A DNA stretch of 63,404 nucleotides from Gemmatimonas sp. (GTDB lineage: Bacteria > Gemmatimonadota > Gemmatimonadetes > Gemmatimonadales > Gemmatimonadaceae): the NCBI GenBank assembly GCA_031414535.1, contig JANNVQ010000027.1, forward strand, positions 1-63,404. The letters are read 5' to 3'. The translations under genes and the position numbers were made by a program. This document shows positions 38,625 to 48,775 of this stretch, one piece after another; position 1 is the first letter of the stretch, and every line of letters starts with the position of its first letter. Under the pieces are notes generated by a model. That model saw only the letters and a list, made by a program, of their open reading frames with translations. It was not told the DNA's origin and searched no databases.

Positions 38625-40124
38625 GTGATCTCTCCCCGTTCCCTTCTGCTGCTGCTCACGGCCGTCGCCGCGCTTGCCTGCGGTGACGGCCGTGTCTCGT
38701 CCGGCGGCGCCATCACGGCCATTGGACCTGACGGCATCCTCCTGCGCGTACCGACCGCGGGGGGCATTGCGCGGGCCTACCGCGCAGGCTCGGATAGCGT
38801 GCTCTGGAGCGCCCGCGAGCGCACGCCCGCCCTGGGCACCTTGCTGGGCTTCGACGATTTCCTCGGTGTGATGTTGGCGCGCGACCTTGAGGGTCGCATC
38901 GTGAGCATTGACCTGCGCATGGGGAGCGTCGGCGATCTCGGCGAGGCGCGCATCAGCGGCGCGGTTGTCACCGAGGGCGCGGCGGCATTCGGCCTCGATT
39001 CCAGCGGACGCGTACTGCGGCTCACGCCGGCCGCGACGTGGAATTGGCCAGTACCTGACGGTGCCACAGCACTCGTGCCCTCGCCTGACGGTTCGCTGAT
39101 GGTGCTCTTCACGACTTCCGAAGGCACCACCATTCGGCGCGTGATTCCCCCCGAGACGCGGGTGCTCGATTCCCTACGGATGCGCCCGGTGCGCTTCACC
39201 GCGCGCACGCAGGCCGGCGACCGACTCTGGGCGGTGACGGACCGCGGCCTCGTGTCGCTACGTACGCGCGACCTCACACAGGCCTTTGACTATTCCATCG
39301 GCGACTCCGTGCTGGCGCTCGCGCTGACGCCGAGCGGAGATCGTGTGTTTGTCGCCACCGATGCCCGAAAGTTGCGCGTCGTGGACCGGTACGCGGAGGA
39401 CGAGGGCGGCAGCGTCAGTTTGCCCGCGCCGGTGAACGACCTGCGCATGGATCCGGACGGGCACTATTTGCTCGCGAAAGCGGCGGATTTCGACTCCATC
39501 TACGTGATCTCCATCGGCAGCGAACGGGTGGTAAGCACTATCGCCGCACCCTGGCGTGAAGATTTGCCGCTCGTGACACCCGAGGGACACATCCTCGTTG
39601 CGCGCGGCAACGACGCCGTGTTGGTGGATTCCGAGTCCACGCGCCAGCGCATGGTGTACATCGGTGGCGCCAGCGATCAGTGGTCACTGGTGCGCTGGAA
39701 TGGATTCCGCCCGCGCGCTGCGGGCCTCGACCGCCCGGTGGAGTTTGAAGAGTACGCCTCGGATTCGGCGGCGACCGACAGCGCCCTCACAGCCATGATC
39801 TACGGCCGCTACGGAGACGTGACGGGCGTCGGGAGCGCTGGCCCCCTCACCGCGGCACCGCCGCCATCGCCTGCGGGGGAAAGTCGCAGCGACGGGCGCC
39901 AGACCTGGACGGTGTCGTTTGCGACATTGCTGACGGAAGATCGGGCCACCGCCATGGCAGACAGCATCAACGTGGACGGACGCAAGGCACGGGTGGTACC
40001 AGGCAATCGCGACGGTATTCCGGTGTGGCGTGTGCTCTTGGGACCGTTCGACACGCGGCAGGCTGCGGAGCGCGCGGGAATGTCCTCGAGGGTGTCCTAC
40101 TGGGTGTTTGAGGGCGTGCCGTGA
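38625..40124 (+). CDS. Lipoprotein with beta-propeller and C-terminal SPOR domain
   Basis: LAC lipobox; LALTPSG / LRMDPDG propeller blades; WRVLLGPF.TR..AE SPOR motif. Confidence 0.75.
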   Translation: MISPRSLLLLLTAVAALACGDGRVSSGGAITAIGPDGILLRVPTAGGIARAYRAGSDSVLWSARERTPALGTLLGFDDFLGVMLARDLEGRIVSIDLRMGSVGDLGEARISGAVVTEGAAAFGLDSSGRVLRLTPAATWNWPVPDGATALVPSPDGSLMVLFTTSEGTTIRRVIPPETRVLDSLRMRPVRFTARTQAGDRLWAVTDRGLVSLRTRDLTQAFDYSIGDSVLALALTPSGDRVFVATDARKLRVVDRYAEDEGGSVSLPAPVNDLRMDPDGHYLLAKAADFDSIYVISIGSERVVSTIAAPWREDLPLVTPEGHILVARGNDAVLVDSESTRQRMVYIGGASDQWSLVRWNGFRPRAAGLDRPVEFEEYASDSAATDSALTAMIYGRYGDVTGVGSAGPLTAAPPPSPAGESRSDGRQTWTVSFATLLTEDRATAMADSINVDGRKARVVPGNRDGIPVWRVLLGPFDTRQAAERAGMSSRVSYWVFEGVP

Positions 40125-41440
40125 CGCCAAGCCACGTGCCGCTCGAGGTGTGGGCGGACGAAGGGCAACGGGCAGCACCGGCATTCGCAGACGTAGCCGC
40201 CGCCGTCGTGACGGGTCGCTCCGCTGAGGCGGCCGCGGCGGTGGCACTGGGCATCGCGCGGGCCTGCTCTCGGGAGCGCCGTGTGGCCGTCGCGGACCTC
40301 GTGGGAGGCATTCCTAGCCTGCGACCGCTGGACGACCAGCCTGGCCTCCTGGAGTGCCTGCGTGACGGCACCCCAATCTCAGATATCGGACAGCCGCTGG
40401 TCGATGCACCGGAGGTGTACATTCTCCCCTCGGGTCATGGGCCGATCGCCGAGCGATGGGTCTTTGAGAGCGCCCGTTGGGACCGACTTGTCGCGGGGTT
40501 CCGTGAGGTGGACGCCTTGCTCCTCCTGGTTGCGCCGCCGGCCGCGCCGGGGCTCGATGCGCTGATTGGCCGCGTAGACGGGGTCGTGGCCGTGGATCTG
40601 CCCCCGGCCACGGTGCGCGCGTGGCCGCTCATCGCGTTGGTGGAGGAGCCGGAGCAGGAACTCCCGGTGATCACGCCAACCCCGCGCGAGCAAGTCGCCG
40701 TGCCCGTCGCTCGCAAGCGGCGGCGCCTTGGACGCTGGATCCTCGGTGCCGTTCTCGGCGTGGTGGTGGGCGGCTACCTGCTCACTCCGCTCTATCGGGC
40801 CCAGCAGCAGTCCTGCGCCGACGGAACGACCGGCGCACTGCTGGGCCCCTGTGTTTCTGGCGGGGACAGCGTGCCGGCAACGGCCACGTCGGCCACCGCA
40901 CCCGGCGCAATGGCGGAAGTCGAGGTGAGCATGGGGCCGCTCGTCAACCCCGCCGACTCCGCAATCGCCCTGCGATTCAGTGTCGAACTCGTAGCGGCGA
41001 ACACCCCTGAGAGTGCAAATTCCCGTCTTGTGTCGCGAGGGGATTCTTTCCCGGTCCCGACGGTCGCGCCCGTGGTGTTGCAACCCGGAACGTCGCCGTG
41101 GTACCGAGCCCTCGTCGGAGCCTTTCCTTCCCGGGGCGAGGCAGAGGCTTGGCTCGCGCAGCAACGCGCGCTGGGTGTCATCCGACCGACCATCGGCCGC
41201 GTGCTGGATGCTCCATTCGCGCTCCTCATCGAGGAGACCAGCGCGGATTCGGCGCGCGGAGCGCAGCAGAATTATTTAGGACAGCACGTGCCGGCCTACG
41301 CGCTGGTGCAGGACGATGGACGGGCCCGCGTGTACGTCGGGGCTTTTGAGACGGCGGGCCAGGCCCTCTGGTACGCAGCAGAATTGCGGTCACGCGGATT
41401 CACTCCGGCGTTGGCCTACCGAACCGGGAGAATGTTCTAA
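40121..41440 (+). CDS. Bitopic protein: degenerate MinD/ParA-like cytoplasmic domain, TM, two SPOR-like domains
   Basis: RVAVADL...PGL.E.L...YILPSG with no Walker A; KRRR + TM; WYRALVGAF and ARVYVGAF. Confidence 0.7.
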   Translation: MTPSHVPLEVWADEGQRAAPAFADVAAAVVTGRSAEAAAAVALGIARACSRERRVAVADLVGGIPSLRPLDDQPGLLECLRDGTPISDIGQPLVDAPEVYILPSGHGPIAERWVFESARWDRLVAGFREVDALLLLVAPPAAPGLDALIGRVDGVVAVDLPPATVRAWPLIALVEEPEQELPVITPTPREQVAVPVARKRRRLGRWILGAVLGVVVGGYLLTPLYRAQQQSCADGTTGALLGPCVSGGDSVPATATSATAPGAMAEVEVSMGPLVNPADSAIALRFSVELVAANTPESANSRLVSRGDSFPVPTVAPVVLQPGTSPWYRALVGAFPSRGEAEAWLAQQRALGVIRPTIGRVLDAPFALLIEETSADSARGAQQNYLGQHVPAYALVQDDGRARVYVGAFETAGQALWYAAELRSRGFTPALAYRTGRMF

Positions 41441-44400
41441 GTGCGTTTGACCAAGCTCGAGTTGCATGGCTTCAAGTCCTTTGCGGACCCGGTCTACCTG
41501 ACCTTCGAGCCGGGGGCCACCGCCATCGTCGGCCCCAATGGCTGCGGCAAGTCCAACGTCTCCGACGCGGTGCGTTGGGTGCTGGGCGAACAGCGCGCAC
41601 GTTTGCTCCGCGGCGGCAAGATGGAAGACGTGATCTTCCAAGGCTCCTCAGCCCGTCGCGCCACCAACGTGGCCGAAGTCTCGTTGCACTTTGAGAATTC
41701 CGATGGTGGCTTGCCCGTACCGTTCAAGGAAGTCGTGATCACCCGGCGCCTGTCGCGCAGCGGTGAGAGCGAGTACTTCCTGAATCGTGCGCCCTGCCGC
41801 TTGCGCGACATTCACGATCTCGTGCGCGGCACCGGACTCGGCGCCGATTCTGGCGTCGTGATCGAGAGCAAGATGATTGACGCCTTGCTCTCGGATCGTC
41901 CCGATGACCGTCGCGAGCTGTTTGAAGAGGCCGCCGGTGTCGGCCTCTACCGCGATCGCCGTCGCAGCACTGAGCGTCAGCTCGAGGCCACGAGCACGGA
42001 TCTCATCCGCATTGATGACCTGACATCCGAAGTGCAGACGCAGGTGCGGTCTTTGCTACGCCAGCGCAACCGCGCCGAGAAGCACGCGACCATCACCACG
42101 CGTCGCTTTGCCGTGGAACTCACCTTGGCGTCGCGCGAGATGGCCTCCTGGCAGCAGGAGTTGATGGACCTCGAAGAGCGACTCGGTGGGTTGCGCGATG
42201 CCCTGCCCGCGCGCCAGCACGCGGTGCGCGACGCCGAAGTGGCGCGTGACTTAGCGCAGGCCGCGCGTGCCGCCGCCGAGACGGCGCGTCACGAACGCGC
42301 CGCCGTGGCCGCAACCGCTCGTCAGTCCGTACTCGAACTCCAGCAAGAACTCGCTGTCGCCGAAGAACGCCATCGCAATGCGCTCACGCGCCGCGAACGC
42401 GCGCAGCAGGAGCGTAGCGAAGGCGCAGCGTTTGGCGATCGCCTGCAGGGCGAGATGCAGGCCGCTGAGACCGAAGAGGCCGCCTGTGCGCAGTCCTTGC
42501 ACGAGGCTCTTGAGGTGCTGCGCACCAAGGTGGAGTCCGAAGAGGCCGCCCGGAGCGGTGTGAGCGCGGCGCGTCAGTCCACGGACGCCGCCGACCGCGC
42601 GGTGCGCGAACTGCGCGACAACGCGCGTCGCCTCGAGTTGGAGCGTGAGAATGCAGAGCGCGAGCTCGCCGATGTGGCGCAGCGCACGGCCGCACTTGTG
42701 GCCGAACACGAAGCGCTGACCTCGCGCCTGCAACTGGCCGCGCGCGAACTGGCCGCTGCTGATGAACAGTTGCTGATTGCCAAAGAAGCGTCAACCCAAG
42801 CCGAAGCCACGCTCGAGCAGTCGCGTGCCGCGGCGCGCGAGGCGCGTGACCGTGAAGCCTCCGCCCGCGTGGATGTGCGCCGTGTGGAAGAAGAGCATAC
42901 CGCCGTCCAAGGCCGTCTGGCTGCGCTCGAGGGACTTGAGCGTGAGCGCGTGGGCCTCGCGCCAGCCGCTGCGAAGCTGCTGCGCGAGCGCGAGCGGTTC
43001 GGTAGCGATGCTGTGCTTGGTCCGCTGTCCGACTTTATCGGCGCGGACTCCAACGTCGCGTCGCAGATTGAACGCTTCCTCGGCGCCACGGTGCATGCCG
43101 TGGTGGTGCGAGACCGCGCTGCTGCTGACGCAGTGCGCGCCTGGCATGCCGAGAGCAACCCGGGTGCACTGTTGTTGCTGCCCTTGGACGCGTTGCACGA
43201 AGCCGCGGGTACCACGGACAGCTCCGAGCTCGCCGCGCGCGTGCGCGCCGAGGGTGCGGGCGGCGCGTGGGTGAAGAGCTTGCTGGGCAAGGTGCGCGCC
43301 ACGGAAGACGGCAACGGCTTCGTGGACGCGCGTGGTGCCATGTGGCTTCCAGCGCGCGATGCTGGCAGCGCCGGTCCGCTAACGCGTCGCGCCGAGCTCG
43401 AAGAGTTACGGAGTTCGCTCGCGACCGTTGATGCGCGTAGACACGAAGTGCAGCAGCGCGCCCAGGCGGTGCATGCGGAAGTCGTGCAGGCCGAGGCGGG
43501 TGCCGCGCACGCCGCCGACGCCGCCGCGGCGGCTCAGCAGTCCTTGGCGCAGGCCTCTCAGGTTCGGAGCGAGCGTGATCGCGTGCGTGAGCGTTCGGCC
43601 CGCGAACTCGCCGACGCAGTGGCCTTGCAGGAGCGTCTCGCAGGCCGCCACACCGAACTCGGTGATCGCGTCAACAAGTCGCTCGCCGCGCAGGAGGAGA
43701 TTGCGCGGAAGCTCGTCGAAGCTGACGAGGCCGCCACATCCGCCCGTGGCTTGCTCAGCACCGCCGAGCAGGCGCAGGACGAAGCCCGCGAAGCGCGCGC
43801 GGCTCAGCAAGTGGCACACGCACAGGCCGAAGCCCGCCGTCAGGTGGCAACGGAGCGCCGCGAGCGCCTTGGGCGCGAGCGTGCTGCCGCGCAAGATCGT
43901 TTGGTGGCGCTCGAACGCGAGATGCAGGCGTTGGCAGAACAGGACGGACAGCTCGAGCAACAGATGGGCGTCTGGCAACAAGAACTGGAAGCACGCCGCG
44001 CGTCGCAGAGCGAAGCCGACCAAGCCTTGGCCGGCGCCGAGCAGGCAGTGCGCGAAACAGAGGCCGAGTTGCAGGCCGCCGTCTCAGGCCTCGACGCGTC
44101 GCGCGTGGAAGCCAACAGCGCGAGCGAGACCCTGCACAGCGCCGAGTTGCGCCACACCGAACTCGCCGGCAAGCGGGCGGCAATTCGCGAACGCCTCGAG
44201 GCCGAGTGGCGTCGTCCGCTCGACGAGCTGTTTGCGAACTACCAGCCAGTGGAAGCTGAAGACGATGCGCTGCGCACGGAAGCCGAAGACCTGCGCAAGC
44301 AGATCGAGACGCTCGGGCCGGTGAATCCCTTGGCCATCGAGGAACACGAGGAAGAGACCAAGCGCCTGGAGTTCCTGACCACGCAGCGTGCCGACCTCGT

Positions 44401-44962
44401 CGAGGCACAGGCCAAGCTCACGCAGGCCATCAAGGAGATTGACGTCACGGCGCGAGATCTGTTCCTCGCGACCTTCGCGCAGGTGCGCGCGCACTTCCGC
44501 GAGATCTTCATGACCTTGTTTGGCGGTGGCGAGTGCGATCTTCGTCTTGAAGATCCCGAGCGCCCGCTGGACTGCGACATCGAAATTCACGCCAGCCCCC
44601 GCGGCAAGCGGACGCAGCGCATCCACCTGCTTTCGAGCGGGGAACGCGCCTTGGTCGCGCTGTCTTTGTTGTTTGGTATCTTCTTGACCAAGCCCAGCCC
44701 CTTCTGCCTGCTGGACGAAGTGGACGCGCCGCTCGACGACCAGAACATCGGACGCTTCGTGCGCATGCTGAACGAGTTCAAGAAGAAGACGCAGTTCATC
44801 GTTATCACGCACAATCCGCGCACGACCACCGAGGCGGCCGATGCCGTGTACGGTGTGACGATGCAGGAGCCCGGTGTGTCGTCGCTGGTGTCCGTGCGGA
44901 TGCGCGGACCGGCGGTGGATGCAGTTGAGGCAGAACCGGCGGGCGCCGCAAGCCCCGCGTAA
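41441..44962 (+). CDS. smc: Chromosome segregation protein SMC
   Basis: GFKSF, GPNGCGKSN, FEEAAG, coiled coils around hinge, GPVN, LSSGE, LDEVDAPLD, ITH. Confidence 0.97.
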   Translation: MRLTKLELHGFKSFADPVYLTFEPGATAIVGPNGCGKSNVSDAVRWVLGEQRARLLRGGKMEDVIFQGSSARRATNVAEVSLHFENSDGGLPVPFKEVVITRRLSRSGESEYFLNRAPCRLRDIHDLVRGTGLGADSGVVIESKMIDALLSDRPDDRRELFEEAAGVGLYRDRRRSTERQLEATSTDLIRIDDLTSEVQTQVRSLLRQRNRAEKHATITTRRFAVELTLASREMASWQQELMDLEERLGGLRDALPARQHAVRDAEVARDLAQAARAAAETARHERAAVAATARQSVLELQQELAVAEERHRNALTRRERAQQERSEGAAFGDRLQGEMQAAETEEAACAQSLHEALEVLRTKVESEEAARSGVSAARQSTDAADRAVRELRDNARRLELERENAERELADVAQRTAALVAEHEALTSRLQLAARELAAADEQLLIAKEASTQAEATLEQSRAAAREARDREASARVDVRRVEEEHTAVQGRLAALEGLERERVGLAPAAAKLLRERERFGSDAVLGPLSDFIGADSNVASQIERFLGATVHAVVVRDRAAADAVRAWHAESNPGALLLLPLDALHEAAGTTDSSELAARVRAEGAGGAWVKSLLGKVRATEDGNGFVDARGAMWLPARDAGSAGPLTRRAELEELRSSLATVDARRHEVQQRAQAVHAEVVQAEAGAAHAADAAAAAQQSLAQASQVRSERDRVRERSARELADAVALQERLAGRHTELGDRVNKSLAAQEEIARKLVEADEAATSARGLLSTAEQAQDEAREARAAQQVAHAQAEARRQVATERRERLGRERAAAQDRLVALEREMQALAEQDGQLEQQMGVWQQELEARRASQSEADQALAGAEQAVRETEAELQAAVSGLDASRVEANSASETLHSAELRHTELAGKRAAIRERLEAEWRRPLDELFANYQPVEAEDDALRTEAEDLRKQIETLGPVNPLAIEEHEEETKRLEFLTTQRADLVEAQAKLTQAIKEIDVTARDLFLATFAQVRAHFREIFMTLFGGGECDLRLEDPERPLDCDIEIHASPRGKRTQRIHLLSSGERALVALSLLFGIFLTKPSPFCLLDEVDAPLDDQNIGRFVRMLNEFKKKTQFIVITHNPRTTTEAADAVYGVTMQEPGVSSLVSVRMRGPAVDAVEAEPAGAASPA

Positions 44963-44976
44963 AGGACTAATCGTAG

Positions 44977-45999
44977 ATGCTGGTAGTGATGAAGCAGGGC
45001 GCCACACCCGCCGAGATCGAGGCGGTGTGCGACTGGATTACAGAAAAGGGCTACACGGCCACGAAGATGCCGGGCGCCCAGCGCACGGCCGTTGGCCTCA
45101 TTGGCAACGATGGCCGCGTGGATGGCTCGCCGCTCGAGGACTTCGCGGGCGTCGCCGAGGTCATCTATGTGTCCAATCCGTACAAGCAGGTGTCGCGCGA
45201 GTGGAAGCAGGAGACCACCATCGTGGAGATCGCGCCGGGCGTGCGGTTTGGTGGCCTCGAGGTCCCCATCATCGCCGGCCCCTGCTCGGTTGAAAGTGAG
45301 CAGCAGATACTCAGCGCAGCGCGCGCCGTGAAGGCCGCTGGTGCAGTGGCGCTGCGCGGCGGTGCCTTCAAGCCGCGCTCGTCGCCCTACTCGTTCCAAG
45401 GCATGGGATTGGAAGGGCTCAAGCTGCTCGCGCTCGCGAAGAAGGAGACGGGCCTTCCGATCGTCACGGAAGCGATGGACGAGGCGGGTGCTGAGCTCGT
45501 GGCCGAGTACGCCGACATGATCCAGATTGGTGCGCGCAACATGCAGAACTACTCGCTGCTCAAGATGGCCGGCAAGCTCAAGAAGCCAGTTCTCTTGAAG
45601 CGCGGTATGGCGGCGACGATCCAAGATTTACTCCTGAGCGCCGAGTATTTGCTCGCTGAGGGCAACACGCAGGTAGTGCTCTGCGAGCGTGGATTGCGTT
45701 CGTTCGACACCACCTCGCGCAATCTGTTTGACCTCACGGCAATCCCGGTGGTGCAGTCGCTCTCGCACCTGCCGATTGTCGCCGACCCGAGCCACGGCAC
45801 GGGGCGTCGCGACAAGGTGCTGCCGATGTCACGCGCCGCCGTGGCGGCTGGTGCGGACGGCATCATCATCGAAGTGCATCCGCAGCCGGAGAAGGCGATG
45901 AGCGACGGCGCGCAGTCGCAGACACCGGAGCAGTTTGCGAGCACGGTGGAGCAGCTGCGGAAGATTGCGGATGCAGTGGGGCGGCGGATCGCAGGTTAA
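44977..45999 (+). CDS. aroF: DAHP synthase class I-beta with N-terminal regulatory domain
   Basis: [51 protein letters not shown]. Confidence 0.95.
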   Translation: MLVVMKQGATPAEIEAVCDWITEKGYTATKMPGAQRTAVGLIGNDGRVDGSPLEDFAGVAEVIYVSNPYKQVSREWKQETTIVEIAPGVRFGGLEVPIIAGPCSVESEQQILSAARAVKAAGAVALRGGAFKPRSSPYSFQGMGLEGLKLLALAKKETGLPIVTEAMDEAGAELVAEYADMIQIGARNMQNYSLLKMAGKLKKPVLLKRGMAATIQDLLLSAEYLLAEGNTQVVLCERGLRSFDTTSRNLFDLTAIPVVQSLSHLPIVADPSHGTGRRDKVLPMSRAAVAAGADGIIIEVHPQPEKAMSDGAQSQTPEQFASTVEQLRKIADAVGRRIAG

Positions 46000-46167
46000 C
46001 TGCGAACGGCGTTCACCACGGAGGCACGGAGGCTCGGAGGCTCGGAGAAGTGCAAGTACTTGGGGGGTCCGCACCACTGCATCGGTGCGGACCCCCCTTT
46101 TCAATCAGTTGCCTGCTTCTGTAGTGCTCCGAGCCTTCGTGCCTCCGTGGTGAATAGCAGTTGCAGT
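45998..46167. repeat. Octamer-arm inverted repeat element (family 2), copy 2
   Basis: TTCACCACGGAGGCACGGAGGCTCGGAGGCTCGGAG (46012-46047) ... CTCCGAGCCTTCGTGCCTCCGTGGTGAA (46127-46154); outer AACTGC/GCAGT; fills the aroF-ctp gap. Confidence 0.88.
46062..46101 (+). terminator. Intrinsic terminator inside repeat copy 2
   Basis: GGGGGGTCCGCACC-8 nt-GGTGCGGACCCCCC-TTTT. Confidence 0.85.
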
Positions 46168-46168
46168 G

Positions 46169-47722
46169 CTATTCGGTGGCGAACACGTCCATCGGCGCGC
46201 GGGCACGACGCAGCAAGGCCGCGGCGCGGAGCACGACGGCGTCGGCGCGCACAGAGCGACGCTGCGCATACGGAATGCCCCAGCCCTGACGCGCAATTTC
46301 GCTGCCGAGCGCGCGCTCCACGTAGGCTTGCGCTTCGCCAAAGGTGGCAGGATTTACCAGCAAGCCGGCCGCTCGCACACGCGCTTGCAAACTGCGGCGC
46401 CATTCTGGGCGCACCGTGAAGAGCGAGTCGCGTACGGTGCGCGATTGCACCAGCGCGCGCGCCTCCGCGGTGAGCATCTCGCGCCACTTGGGAACCTCCG
46501 CCCCCACCTCAGCCAGGAAGCGACGCTCCATCGGGTCTGGCATGGAGTCTCCCGCAGCGATGTCCGGCACGATGCCACCGCCACCGTACACGGGGCGCCC
46601 GGACGCCGTGCGAAACACCGGACGGGCCGTGTCGGCATCGGCGAGCGGCTCCTCGTCCGGCGGTGCCACTTCGAGCGAGCGACCAAGTGGCGTGAACCAA
46701 CGGGCCTGCGTGAGCGAGATCGCTGCGCCGTTATCGAGTGGGTAGACCACCTGCGCACTTCCCTTCCCATACGTCACGCGGCCAAGCACAACAGCACGAT
46801 CGTTATCCTGCAAAGCGCCGGCGACAATCTCTGCGGCACTCGCCGTATTGCCGTTCACCAGCACCGCAATCGGCATTCCGGCCCAACGCTCCCGCGTGGA
46901 ATCCACATACACGTGGTTAGCGTCGGCGACGCGCCCGCGGGTGGTGACAATGTGTTTGTCCGGCGCGAGGAAAAGATCAGCCACACCGATGCCTTGCTCC
47001 AGAAGTCCGCCTGGATTTCCGCGCATATCAAGTACCAAGGAACTCGCACCATTCGCGCGCAGCGAGTCCACAACGGAAATCAATTCGGATTCCGTGGAGT
47101 CGGAGAAGGTCGTCACGGCCACATAGCCCACGCCACCCTCAAGCACCACCGCGCGCGTCACCGCCCGCACGCGAATGTCCGCGCGCTCGAGTGTGACAGC
47201 GATACGCGTGCCTTGCCCGCGCTCCACCACCAACTTCACGGTGGTACCCAGCGGGCCGCGCAGGCCTTCGCGCGCTTCGGCAACGGTCCAGCCCCGCATG
47301 GACTTCCCATCTAGTTCCACCAGACGGTCACCCGTCTGCAGGCCCGCACGCTCGGCTGGTGAGCCCGGCCGCGGCTGTGCGACCGTGATCCATCCATCCA
47401 GCACGTCTACTTGGAGGCCGACCCCGCGGTACGCGTTGCTCGCCGCGAGTTGCAAACGCTCGAGGCGATCGGGCGTGAGATATGCGGAGTTGGGATCGCC
47501 CAGCTGGTCCATCATGCCGGCAATGGCTCCCTGCCACAGCGTCTGCTCGTCTACTTCTTCAACGTATGTCTCACGCACCTTGCTCATCACCGCGTCGAGC
47601 AAGCGCGCGCCTTCTTCCTGACGGCGCGCATCGCGATCAAGCGCGCGACCGAGCAACCACGCCCCCGCCAGCAAGGCGCCGGCAATGAGCGCCGCGGGTG
47701 GAATCATCTTGTAGCGACTCAT
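46169..47722 (-). CDS. S41 family carboxyl-terminal processing protease
   Basis: PDZ (GVGL, SPAERAGL), DMRGNPGG, TASAAEI, TYGKGS, GGGIVPD; ATGA overlap with tmk. Confidence 0.92.
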   Translation of the reverse strand: MSRYKMIPPAALIAGALLAGAWLLGRALDRDARRQEEGARLLDAVMSKVRETYVEEVDEQTLWQGAIAGMMDQLGDPNSAYLTPDRLERLQLAASNAYRGVGLQVDVLDGWITVAQPRPGSPAERAGLQTGDRLVELDGKSMRGWTVAEAREGLRGPLGTTVKLVVERGQGTRIAVTLERADIRVRAVTRAVVLEGGVGYVAVTTFSDSTESELISVVDSLRANGASSLVLDMRGNPGGLLEQGIGVADLFLAPDKHIVTTRGRVADANHVYVDSTRERWAGMPIAVLVNGNTASAAEIVAGALQDNDRAVVLGRVTYGKGSAQVVYPLDNGAAISLTQARWFTPLGRSLEVAPPDEEPLADADTARPVFRTASGRPVYGGGGIVPDIAAGDSMPDPMERRFLAEVGAEVPKWREMLTAEARALVQSRTVRDSLFTVRPEWRRSLQARVRAAGLLVNPATFGEAQAYVERALGSEIARQGWGIPYAQRRSVRADAVVLRAAALLRRARAPMDVFATE

Positions 47723-48411
47723 TGCGCTTCCACTCGCGCTTCCACTCGCGCTTCCACTGCCGACGCGAGCAGAGATGGACAATGCGCCGCAATCACATCC
47801 GCCACACGCTGCTCCACCTCGCCTACCGAGCCCACGGCATCAACGGCCACAATCAATCCGCATTCCGGGTGATCTGCTTGCCACACAGCGGAGGCAAAGG
47901 AGTCAAAGGCGCTCGCGACACGGTCGTGAAAGCTCCGATCCGCGCGCTCCATGCGATCGGCAACCCCGCGCGTCTTGGCGCGGGAGAGTCCTTCCGAGAC
48001 GGGTACGCGCAGCAACACCGTGAGATCAGGCACGATGCCCGCGGTGGCGAGCGCGTTGGCCGCACGGACCTCGTGGGCACTGAGACCACGGCCGTGAATC
48101 TGGTACGCGTACGTGGAGAGCAGAAAGCGATCGAGCAGGATGTGCTGCCCCGCCGCCAATGCTGGCTTCACCACCGAGGCCACGAGCTCTGCACGCGAGG
48201 CCACGAAGAGCGCGGCCTCAGTCTCGGACGCGATCGGCAGGTCCGAGTGCAACAGGATGTCGCGAATGCGGTCGCCCACGGGCGTGCCGCCCGGCTCGCG
48301 ATGCACCGCGTGCGACACGGTGCCCTCAGTGAGGCGCGCGCTCAGGCGCTGAAGCTGGGTGGACTTCCCCGCTCCCTCGCCGCCCTCGAAGACTACGAGG
48401 CACCCGCGCAC
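47719..48411 (-). CDS. tmk: Thymidylate kinase
   Basis: FEGGEGAGKSTQ, REPGGT, DRF..ST.AYQ, DRME. Confidence 0.95.
   Translation of the reverse strand: MRGCLVVFEGGEGAGKSTQLQRLSARLTEGTVSHAVHREPGGTPVGDRIRDILLHSDLPIASETEAALFVASRAELVASVVKPALAAGQHILLDRFLLSTYAYQIHGRGLSAHEVRAANALATAGIVPDLTVLLRVPVSEGLSRAKTRGVADRMERADRSFHDRVASAFDSFASAVWQADHPECGLIVAVDAVGSVGEVEQRVADVIAAHCPSLLASAVEARVEARVEAQ
47724..47759. repeat. 12-bp tandem repeat x3 at the tmk 3' end
   Basis: GCGCTTCCACTC x2 + GCGCTTCCACTG; encodes VEARVEARVEA. Confidence 0.9.
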
Positions 48412-48421
48412 CGACTCGTGC

Positions 48422-48775
48422 TCAGCCCAGCGTGATGATGGAGCTCGCCGCACCCTTTTTGATGCCATCGAGCATCCACTGGTTCACCTGCTGCATCACC
48501 TTGTCGAAGTTCTCGTTAGCGGAGATGAAGCGCTGGTAGAGCGACGACTGCTGCACCTTGGACAGCAACTGGTCGAGTTCCTGTTCCATGGCCGGCGTCG
48601 GCGTGGATCCCGCCTGCATCAGCGCTTCCGCCTCGTGGCGCAGCTGTTCCATGCGCTGGAGCGCCGCCACCACTTCCTTGTCTTCGTTCAGCGCTTCGTT
48701 GGCGCGCTTTACCGCCTGATACTCCGCGCTCTGGCCAATCAAGCGGCCCAACTCCACAGACTTATCGCTCAGCAT
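48422..48775 (-). CDS. YlbF/YmcA (Com_YlbF) family protein
   Basis: A/S.ELG..I..S.EY...K.A, helical, F..A...F...MQ.VN pattern. Confidence 0.75.
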   Translation of the reverse strand: MLSDKSVELGRLIGQSAEYQAVKRANEALNEDKEVVAALQRMEQLRHEAEALMQAGSTPTPAMEQELDQLLSKVQQSSLYQRFISANENFDKVMQQVNQWMLDGIKKGAASSIITLG

